Part shown: positions 1 to 7,101 of the stretch, piece after piece | Position numbering within the stretch: the stretch's first letter is position 1 | Layout: each line of letters opens with the position of its first letter | NCBI GenBank assembly: GCA_044346435.1 | Contig: JBIIZE010000001.1 | Coordinates: 1-26,547, forward strand | DNA length: 26,547 nucleotides | Direction of reading: 5' to 3' | From: Burkholderiales bacterium | GTDB lineage: Bacteria > Pseudomonadota > Gammaproteobacteria > Burkholderiales > SG8-41 | Program-made: the position numbers and the translations under genes | The notes under the pieces: generated by a model | What the model was told of the DNA's origin: nothing | Database searches by the model: none | Seen by the model: only the letters and a program-made list of their open reading frames with translations

Positions 1-1
1 C

Positions 2-739
2 GCCGGCAAGGTCGCGCTGATTACCGGCGGCGCGCGCAATATCGGCCGCGCCATTTCGCGATCACTCGCGGCGGGCGGCGCTAAGGTGATGATCAACGCC
101 AACACTTCGCGCGAAGCCGGCGAGGAAACCGTGGCGATGATCGAGAAGGCCGGCGGCAAGGCCGCGCTGTGCATGGGCGACGTCACCGACCCGGATTCGG
201 TTAAACATCTGGTGGATGAAACCATCAAGCAGTTCGGCCGCATCGACATGGTGGTCAGCAACGCCGCGATCCGCGCCGAAACGCCTTTTGAAAAAATTTC
301 CTTTGAAGAATGGAAGCGTGTGATCTCGACGGTGCTCGACGGCGCCTTCCTGGTATCGCAGGCGGCGCTGCCGCACCTGATCAAGTCGGGTGGCGGCACG
401 CTGATTTACACCGGCGGCCTGACCGGCCACAAAGGTGCCTTGCACCGCTCGCACGTGGTTGCCGCCAAAGGCGGTCTTGCCGCGATGACCAAGGCCGTGG
501 CCAACGACCTCGCTGAATACAACATCACGGTGAACTGCGTGGTGCCGGGGCCGATCGACACCGTGCGCGGCCTGCCCGGTGCGCCGGAGCGCCCGGATTT
601 CCGCAAGACGCTGCCGCTGGTCGGCCGTCGCGGCCAGCCCCAGGAAATCGCGGCGATGGTTCGCATGCTGTGCGGACCCGACGCGCGTTACATCACCGGT
701 CAATCCATTCACGTCAACGGCGGAGTACTGATGCCATGA
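2..739 (+). CDS. SDR-family oxidoreductase (5' partial; atypical active site)
   Basis: The frame is open from position 2 and reads AGKVALITGGARNIGRAIS (Rossmann TGxxxxIG motif), so the true start lies upstream of the window, not at 86. Also shows VVSNAA (NNAG-like), VNCVVPGPIDT and the C-terminal YITGQSIHVNGG. Its stop overlaps the next start (ATGA, 736-739). Confidence 0.92.
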   Translation, partial: AGKVALITGGARNIGRAISRSLAAGGAKVMINANTSREAGEETVAMIEKAGGKAALCMGDVTDPDSVKHLVDETIKQFGRIDMVVSNAAIRAETPFEKISFEEWKRVISTVLDGAFLVSQAALPHLIKSGGGTLIYTGGLTGHKGALHRSHVVAAKGGLAAMTKAVANDLAEYNITVNCVVPGPIDTVRGLPGAPERPDFRKTLPLVGRRGQPQEIAAMVRMLCGPDARYITGQSIHVNGGVLMP

Positions 740-2142
740 GCAAGAAATCGAAAAGCAATTCCAAAACAACCGTGTCGCCGCTGATGAAGACACTGGCCAC
801 CTACATGGCCGGTGCCGCGAAAAAGCCGCTGCCCAAAGCAGTCGCGGAAAAAACCAAGCACCATCTGCTCGACACCATTGCCGCGATGGTTTCCGGTTCG
901 CGTCTGCTGCCGGGTACCAAGGCGATTGCCTATGCCAAAACCCTCGGCGGCGCGCCGCAGGCGCTGGTGATCGGCTCAAAGATCGTCACCAATGCCGAGC
1001 AGGCCGCTCACATCAACGGCATGCTTGCGCACGCCGACGAAACCGATGATTCGCACGCACCGTCGCTGTCGCATCCGGGCTGCGCCATTGTTCCCGCCGC
1101 GATGGCGATGGGCGAACGTGAAAAGACCAACGGCACGCAACTGCTGCGCGCCGTCGCGCTGGGTTATGACCTCTGCGCGCGCATCAATCTGTCGCTGCAT
1201 CCCTATGATTTCCGTCAGGCCGGCCATTCCACGCACAGCTTCGGCCCCAGCTTTGGTGCGGCCGCTGCAGCCTCGCTGCTCGCCGGACTGGATTACAACG
1301 GCATGCGCCATGCGCTGTCGTACACCGCGCAGCAGTGTTCGGGCATTTCCTGCTGGATGCGCGATGAAGAACACATCGAAAAAGCCTTCGACTTCGGCGG
1401 CATGCCCGCACGCAACGGCACCGCGGCGGCATCCATGGTCGCCTCCGGTTTCACCGCGGTGGAAGACGTGTTCTCGGGCGAGCGCAATTTCTATGTCGCC
1501 TATGACGAGACCCGCCGCATCGGCAAGGCACCGCAGCCGCAACGCCTGATCAAGGATCTGGGCAAGGTCTACGAGATCATGAACACCAACATCAAGCGCT
1601 GGTCGGTCGGCTCGCCGATCCAGGCGCCGCTTGACGGCCTGCTCGAACTGATCCGCGACCACGGCATCAAAGCCGCCGACGTCGACAAGCTGGTCATTCG
1701 CGTCGCCCACCAGGCCGCAAACACCACGGACAACCGCAACATGCCCGACATCTGCATGCAGCATATGTGCGCGGTGATGCTGATTGACGGCATCGTCACC
1801 TTCAAGTCCTCGCACGACGAAAAGCGCATGACCGACAAGAAAGTACTCGATCTGCGCAATCGCATTACGCTCTACGGCGACGATGCACTGACCGCAGCGA
1901 TGCCGTCACGCCAGGGCATCCTCGAGCTCAAACTGAAAGACGGCCGCATGCTGCGCAAACACGTCAAGGCGGTGCTTGGCACGGCGCAGAATCCGATGAC
2001 ACGCGCCCAGGTCGACGAGAAGTGTTACCACCTGATGGCGCCGATCCTCGGCGCTTCACGCTCCCGCAAGCTTTGCGATGCGGTGTGGAGTCTCGAAAAA
2101 GTCGGCAACGTCACCAAGCTGCGCACTCTGCTGACGGCCTGA
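736..2142 (+). CDS. MmgE/PrpD family protein (paralog 1)
   Basis: Motifs NGMLAHADETDD-x6-HPGCAIVP and G..QNPM..AQVDEK are typical of the family. Start placed at ATG 736, coupled to the SDR stop, rather than at the ORF-track start of 670. Confidence 0.9.
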   Translation: MSKKSKSNSKTTVSPLMKTLATYMAGAAKKPLPKAVAEKTKHHLLDTIAAMVSGSRLLPGTKAIAYAKTLGGAPQALVIGSKIVTNAEQAAHINGMLAHADETDDSHAPSLSHPGCAIVPAAMAMGEREKTNGTQLLRAVALGYDLCARINLSLHPYDFRQAGHSTHSFGPSFGAAAAASLLAGLDYNGMRHALSYTAQQCSGISCWMRDEEHIEKAFDFGGMPARNGTAAASMVASGFTAVEDVFSGERNFYVAYDETRRIGKAPQPQRLIKDLGKVYEIMNTNIKRWSVGSPIQAPLDGLLELIRDHGIKAADVDKLVIRVAHQAANTTDNRNMPDICMQHMCAVMLIDGIVTFKSSHDEKRMTDKKVLDLRNRITLYGDDALTAAMPSRQGILELKLKDGRMLRKHVKAVLGTAQNPMTRAQVDEKCYHLMAPILGASRSRKLCDAVWSLEKVGNVTKLRTLLTA

Positions 2143-2156
2143 TCGTTTGAAGACCA

Positions 2157-2182
2157 CCCTCTCCTTCTGACGAGGGAGAGGG
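2157..2182. repeat. GC-rich intergenic stem-loop, REP-like (CCCTCTCC...GGAGAGGG)
   Basis: CCCTCTCCTTC-TGAC-GAGGGAGAGGG forms an 11-bp stem with one G.U pair and has no U-tract. It resembles the CCCTCTCCC/GGGAGAGGG extragenic palindromes of Proteobacteria. Confidence 0.5.
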
Positions 2183-2214
2183 AATATGGGACGGTTGGAC
2201 GGGGGAGAACACTG

Positions 2215-3117
2215 ATGTCGTGGACATTCGAGCTGCTGAAAAAGCCGGACGGGCTGCCGATTACCGAAGGCCCGGTGTGGGATGGTGAATACCTGTATTT
2301 CACCCATATTCACGCCAACACGATTTTCCGCTTCGATCCGAAGACCAACGCGATTACGCCGTGGCGCACCGGACTGGACCGCGTCAACGGACTGGCCTTC
2401 GATGCCGAGGGCCGGCTGTTCGGCTGTTGCCAGGGTGGACGCAGCGTGATGCGCTTTGATCCCGACGGCAAAAACGTGGTGATTGCCGACAAATTCGAAG
2501 GCAAGCGCCTCAATACGCCGAACGACCTCGCGATTGATCGCAAGGGCCGCATCTGGTTCACCAATCCCTGGAACGACGGCAACGTCGACAAGACGGAAAA
2601 GCAGGAACTGGAAGACCGTTCGGTTTACCGCCTCGATCCGCAGAAGGACGGCACGTATTCGATCACCCGCGTCGTCTTCGATACTACGCAGCCCAACGGC
2701 ATCCTGGTGTCGCAGGACCAGAGCACGCTGTATGTCGCCGAAAGCAGTTTCACCGCCGGTATCACGCGCGAACTGCGCGCTTACCCGATTCGCGATGACG
2801 GCAGCCTTGGCCCCTACAAGACGCTGTTTACCTGGGGTGAGGACTATCGCGACATCCATCGCGGCATCGACGGCATGACGCTGGATAGGGACGGCAACAT
2901 CGTCGCGACTGCGGGCTGGGAAGTCGCCGGCGCCGGACCGATGATTTATGTGTTCTCGCCGACCGGCCGCGTACTTGAAACACATCCGGTTCCCGCAATC
3001 CGTCCGACCAACTGCTGTTTCGGCGGTCCGGACATGAAAACGCTGTTTGTCACCACCACGCAGGGCCATTTCTTCCGCGCGGAGACCAACCGCACCGGCT
3101 GGGCGATGTATCCCTGA
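2215..3117 (+). CDS. SMP-30/gluconolactonase/LRE family protein (beta-propeller lactonase)
   Basis: Motifs ITEGPVWD, NTPNDLAID.KGRIWFT, PNGILVS.D..TLYVAES, DGMTLD.DGNI and PTNCCFGG. SD GGAG upstream. No signal peptide. Confidence 0.92.
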   Translation: MSWTFELLKKPDGLPITEGPVWDGEYLYFTHIHANTIFRFDPKTNAITPWRTGLDRVNGLAFDAEGRLFGCCQGGRSVMRFDPDGKNVVIADKFEGKRLNTPNDLAIDRKGRIWFTNPWNDGNVDKTEKQELEDRSVYRLDPQKDGTYSITRVVFDTTQPNGILVSQDQSTLYVAESSFTAGITRELRAYPIRDDGSLGPYKTLFTWGEDYRDIHRGIDGMTLDRDGNIVATAGWEVAGAGPMIYVFSPTGRVLETHPVPAIRPTNCCFGGPDMKTLFVTTTQGHFFRAETNRTGWAMYP

Positions 3118-3193
3118 GCCTGAGCGGCCAAAAACCGTGCAAGCGGTTTCATATTTGTTGCATTTTTCCATGATACGGATTCGCCCCGGTGTA

Positions 3194-3222
3194 CTGACTC
3201 ACAGGGCGCCGGGCGGTAAAAT
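3194..3222 (+). promoter_or_regulatory. Putative sigma70 promoter for the acyl-CoA dehydrogenase unit
   Basis: CTGACT (3194-3199), a 17-bp spacer and TAAAAT (3217-3222) lie in a 135-bp intergenic gap. Palindromes AAACCG-N6-CGGTTT (3132-3149) and GGGGTTTCCCC (3224-3234) flank it. Confidence 0.45.
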
Positions 3223-3252
3223 CGGGGTTTCCCCAACCTGCGATTTCAGATC

Positions 3253-4407
3253 ATGGATTTTCACTTTACCCCCGAACAGGAACAGTTCCGCGACGCCGTG
3301 CGCGGATTTGCCGAGCGCCATCTGCGCGACGGTGCGCTGAAGCGCGCGCATCAGGAAGAACATCCCTGGGATGTCGCCAAGCTGATGGCCGAACAGGGCC
3401 TGATGGGCATCACCATGAAGGAAGAAGACGGCGGCCAGGGCGGCTCGCTGATGGACGCGATCATCGCCATCGAAACCATCGCGTCGATCTGCCCGCGCAG
3501 CGCCGACGTGATCCAGGCCGGCAACTTCGGCCCGGTTCGGGTGCTTGCCGAATACGGCACGCCGGACCAGAAAAAACGTTATCTCGACAAGATTCTCGCC
3601 GGTGAATCGGTGATCACCGTCGGCATGACCGAACCGGAAGCGGGTTCGGCCGTCACTGATCTCAAAACCAGCGCAACACCGGACGGCGAGGGTTATCGCA
3701 TCAACGGTGTGAAAGTATTCCAGACGCATGCGTCGTACGCCGACGTGATGTTGACCTATGTGCGTTTCGGTCCCGGCGTCGGCGGCATCGGCTCGGTGCT
3801 GATCCCGCGGGATGCGGAAGGATTCAAGCAAGGCGCACCGTCGAAATTTCTCAACGGTGAAGAGTGGGTGCAGACCTATCTCGACAACGTCTATGTCGGC
3901 CCCGAAAACGTCATGCTGAAAGAAGGCGGCTTCAAGAAGCAGATCGCCGGCTTCAACGTCGAGCGCATCGGCAACACCGCACGTTCGCTGGCTTTCGGCC
4001 GTTACGCCTACAACATCGCCCGCGAATGGGCGCTGCAGCGCAAACAGTTCGGACGCCTGTTGTGCGAATTCCAGGGCCTGCAGTGGAAATTCGCCGACAT
4101 GAAGATGAAGCTCGATGCCGGCCAGTTGCTGCTGTATCGGGCCGCCGTAAATGCCGACAACGGAATTCCCTCGGCCGATGACACCGCGATAGCCAAGGCC
4201 TTCTGCAACCAGGCCGGCTTCGACATCTGCAATGAAGCGATGCAGATCATGGGCGGCATGGGTTATACCGATGAATCGCTGGTGGAATACTGCTTCCGCA
4301 AATGCCGCGGCTGGATGATTGCCGGCGGCTCGATCGAAATTCTGAAAAACCGCATTGCCGAAGGCATTTTCGAGCGCAGCTTCTCACAGCGCCCGCCCAA
4401 GGCCTGA
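3253..4407 (+). CDS. Acyl-CoA dehydrogenase family protein
   Basis: Motifs GMTEPEAGSAV, INGVKVF, R.QFGR.L.EFQGLQW..ADM and AMQIMGGMGY; 384 aa. Confidence 0.95.
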   Translation: MDFHFTPEQEQFRDAVRGFAERHLRDGALKRAHQEEHPWDVAKLMAEQGLMGITMKEEDGGQGGSLMDAIIAIETIASICPRSADVIQAGNFGPVRVLAEYGTPDQKKRYLDKILAGESVITVGMTEPEAGSAVTDLKTSATPDGEGYRINGVKVFQTHASYADVMLTYVRFGPGVGGIGSVLIPRDAEGFKQGAPSKFLNGEEWVQTYLDNVYVGPENVMLKEGGFKKQIAGFNVERIGNTARSLAFGRYAYNIAREWALQRKQFGRLLCEFQGLQWKFADMKMKLDAGQLLLYRAAVNADNGIPSADDTAIAKAFCNQAGFDICNEAMQIMGGMGYTDESLVEYCFRKCRGWMIAGGSIEILKNRIAEGIFERSFSQRPPKA

Positions 4408-4422
4408 TCTGACCGACAACCC

Positions 4423-4452
4423 TGCCGCGCCCCGTGCGCGGCAATTTTTATT
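4423..4452 (+). terminator. Intrinsic terminator-like hairpin
   Basis: TGCCGCGC-CCCGT-GCGCGGCA is a perfect 8-bp stem, followed by ATTTTTATT, 15 bp after the ACAD stop. Confidence 0.5.
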
Positions 4453-4457
4453 GCGCC

Positions 4458-6533
4458 ATGTCCAACAACAAACTCTATCAAGCCGTATTTGATCCCCGCT
4501 CCATCGCGCTGATCGGCGCGTCGAGCGACGAAAAGAAAAACACTTCACGCCCGCAGCGTTATCTCAAGCGCCACGGCTACCAGGGCCAGCTGATTCCGGT
4601 GAACCCGGCACGTGCGGAGATTTTCGGTGACAAGGCTTATCCGGATGTCACCTCCATCCCCGGCGAAGTCGACCATGCTTTTGTGATGGTCCCGGCCAAG
4701 GCTGTGCCGGAAGCGGTGAAGCAATGCGTTGCGAAAAAAATCCCTGTGGTCACGGTGTATAGCGACGGCTTCGCTGAAACCGGCGCGGAAGGTCGCATCA
4801 AGCAGCTGGAACTGAACGAGATCATCCGCGGCAGCAATACGCGGCTTGTCGGCCCCAACTGCATCGGCCTGATGAGCACGCAGACCCATCTCGCGCTGTC
4901 GGTCAACGCCGTGCTGGAAAAACTCGACATCACCCCCGGCGGCCTGGCGATTGTGTCGCAGTCCGGCAGCATGATGGGCGGTCTGATGTCGCGCGGCCTC
5001 GGGCGCGGCGTCGGCTTCTCGAAACTGATTTCAGTCGGCAACGAAGCCGACCTCGGCGTCGGTGAACTGGCCGGTCTGCTGGTCGATGATCCGCATACCG
5101 ACGCGATCCTGCTGTTCATGGAAACCATCCGCGACGCCAAACATCTGGCGGATGCCGCACGCCGCGCCTATGACGCCAACAAGCCGGTGATCGTCTACAA
5201 GCTCGGCCGCTCGGAAGTGGGACAGGACCTCGCCGCTTCACACACCGGCGCGATGGCCGGCACCGATGAAGCGGTGGATGCCTTCTTCAAGGCCCATGCG
5301 ATGCTGCGCGTCGATACGCTGGAAGCGCTGTTCGAACTGCCGGCGCTGGTGAAAGGCCGCAAGCCGAACAAAAAACACCGCGTGGCGGCGATGACCACCA
5401 CCGGCGGCGGAGCCGCCTGCGTGGTCGACCGCATCGGCACCTATGGTGTTGACGTCGTCGGTCCGACCGATGCCCTGGTGGCTGCACTGGCGAAGAACAA
5501 CATCACCATCAACAAGTCGCGCATCACCGACCTGACGCTGGCCGGCGCGAAAAAGGAAATCTACGGCGGCGTGCTCAATGCGCTGCTGGCTTCCGACCAT
5601 TGCGACCTCGTGCTCGCAGTGGCCGGCAGCTCGGCGCAGTTCCAGCCGCAGATCGCCGTCGAACCGCTGGTCGAAGCCGACCGCGGCGACAAGGCGCTGG
5701 CGGTGTTCCTCGCGCCGCATGCCGAAGCTTCGCTGAAACTGCTGGCCAGCGCCGGCGTCGCCGGTTTCCGCACGCCGGAGTCCTGCGCGGATTCGATTCG
5801 CGCCTGGAAACAATGGGTTCCGCCGCTGGCCATTCCGGCAGCCGATGCCAAACGTACGGCGGCAGCCGATGCCTTGCTGAAGGCGGCGCCGGGCAAACAG
5901 CTCAATGAACAACAGGCCTGTGGCGTCTTCGGCGCGCTGGGCGTGCCGCAGGCGCAGACTGCGGTGATGGCCGATGCCGGCGCCAAGGTTGATATCGGTT
6001 ATCCGGTGGTCGCCAAGATTCTGTCTCCGGACATCGCGCACAAAACCGATGCCGGCGGTGTGGTGCTGAACATCGCCGATGCTGTGGCGCTGAAACAGGC
6101 GGCAACCGACATCTTCACCCGCGTCAAAGCCAAACATCCGCAGGCCAAACTGAACGGCATCCTGGTGCAGCGCATGGAGCGCGGCCTTGCCGAAGTGATC
6201 GTCGGTTACAAGCGCGACCCGCAGGTCGGCCCGCTGGTGGTGATCGGGGTCGGCGGCGTCCTCGCCGAGATCTACAAGGATTTTGCGATGCGTCTGGCGC
6301 CGGTCACACCGGAAACCGCGCTGCAGATGATTGAAGAAGTCAAAGGCCTCGCGGTGATCCGCGGTTACCGGGGCATGACCAAAGGCGACTGCAAGGCGCT
6401 GGCGGACGCGGTGGCGGCATTCTCGCAACTGGCCGCCTTCGATGACATCGCCGAAGCTGAAATCAATCCGCTGATCGTCCGCAAAGAAGGCGACGGCGTG
6501 GTGGCGGTGGACGGCTTGATCGTACGCCAATAA
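4458..6533 (+). CDS. Acyl-CoA synthetase (ADP/NDP-forming), fused alpha-beta; acetate-CoA ligase family
   Basis: N-terminal CoA-binding domain (PRSIALIGAS, GPNCIG), SQSG, phospho-His motif ASHTGA, and a C-terminal ATP-grasp region (KILSPDIAHKTDAGGVVL, EAEINPL). Start placed at ATG 4458; no SD is visible. Confidence 0.92.
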   Translation: MSNNKLYQAVFDPRSIALIGASSDEKKNTSRPQRYLKRHGYQGQLIPVNPARAEIFGDKAYPDVTSIPGEVDHAFVMVPAKAVPEAVKQCVAKKIPVVTVYSDGFAETGAEGRIKQLELNEIIRGSNTRLVGPNCIGLMSTQTHLALSVNAVLEKLDITPGGLAIVSQSGSMMGGLMSRGLGRGVGFSKLISVGNEADLGVGELAGLLVDDPHTDAILLFMETIRDAKHLADAARRAYDANKPVIVYKLGRSEVGQDLAASHTGAMAGTDEAVDAFFKAHAMLRVDTLEALFELPALVKGRKPNKKHRVAAMTTTGGGAACVVDRIGTYGVDVVGPTDALVAALAKNNITINKSRITDLTLAGAKKEIYGGVLNALLASDHCDLVLAVAGSSAQFQPQIAVEPLVEADRGDKALAVFLAPHAEASLKLLASAGVAGFRTPESCADSIRAWKQWVPPLAIPAADAKRTAAADALLKAAPGKQLNEQQACGVFGALGVPQAQTAVMADAGAKVDIGYPVVAKILSPDIAHKTDAGGVVLNIADAVALKQAATDIFTRVKAKHPQAKLNGILVQRMERGLAEVIVGYKRDPQVGPLVVIGVGGVLAEIYKDFAMRLAPVTPETALQMIEEVKGLAVIRGYRGMTKGDCKALADAVAAFSQLAAFDDIAEAEINPLIVRKEGDGVVAVDGLIVRQ

Positions 6534-6545
6534 AAGCATTAAGCA

Positions 6546-6567
6546 GCCGGGTCGCCCGCGACCCGGC
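6546..6567. other. Strong GC stem-loop immediately upstream of the redoxin RBS
   Basis: GCCGGGTCGC-CC-GCGACCCGGC is a perfect 10-bp inverted repeat with no U-tract, directly abutting the SD GGAGGAG (6568-6574). Confidence 0.6.
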
Positions 6568-6582
6568 GGAGGAGCGTGACAC

Positions 6583-7101
6583 GTGGCACAAAGTCTGGGC
6601 AACAAACTGGACACGGGAGACCGTTTTCCCGATCTGGATCTGTCGCTGGTCGGCGGCGGGTCACAACGCATTTCGGCGCTGGCCGGTAACGGCTGGAGCG
6701 TCGTGCTCTTGTACCGCGGCGACTGGTGAAGATACTGCCGTCAGCAGTTGGCTGACTACCAGACCTGGCTCCCCGACCTGAAACAGCTCGGCATCACCGT
6801 CATCGCCGCATCCGTGGATATGCCGGAGGCTGCGCTCCAGTCCGTACGCGTGAACAAACTCGCCTTTCCGGTCGCTCACAGCCTGGATTACCAGGAGATC
6901 AGTCGCCGCACTGGCGCGTTCATCGAGCATGAGCGCAAAATCCTGCAAGCCACGGGATTTCTGCTTAAACCCGATCTGACTGTACATGTCGCCACTTATT
7001 CAACCGGCCCCATCGGTCGCCTCACGCCCAACGACGTGAGTTCGATCGTGCGACTGAACCTCGCGAAAACAACAGCACCCCAAGGAGAAAAAACATGTTG
7101 A
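6583..7101 (+). CDS. AhpC/TSA (peroxiredoxin-like) redoxin, probable selenoprotein (Sec49, UxxC)
   Basis: SD GGAGGAG, 8-nt spacer, GTG at 6583. The frame reads MAQSLGNKLDTGDRFPDLDLSLVGGGSQRISALAGNGWSVVLLYRGDW-TGA(6727-6729)-RYCRQQLADYQ and continues in frame with the 6748..7101 ORF. The TGA aligns to the first Cys of the family motif YRGxWCxxC. A SECIS-like hairpin follows. 172 aa if read through. Confidence 0.85.
6735..6762 (+). promoter_or_regulatory. Bacterial SECIS-like element
   Basis: Upper stem GTCAGC/GCTGAC (6740-6745/6751-6756) with apical loop AGTTG (G at loop position 2, followed by U). The loop begins 16 nt after the UGA. Possible lower stem CTG/CAG. Confidence 0.65.

Noticed and set aside
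6584-6598. TGGCAC-N5-CTGG resembling a sigma54 -24/-12 promoter
   Set aside because: The invariant -12 GC is absent, and the site lies within the start of the coding sequence.
6748-7101. ORF-track 117-aa protein starting at TTG 6748
   Set aside because: It lacks an SD and the redox motif. It is better explained as the 3' part of the TGA read-through gene starting at 6583.
7096-7101. Redoxin ends in TGT-TGA (possible second Sec, C-U)
   Set aside because: No convincing SECIS hairpin follows. The TGA overlaps the start of the next gene, and the read-through sequence looks non-coding, so this is treated as a normal stop.
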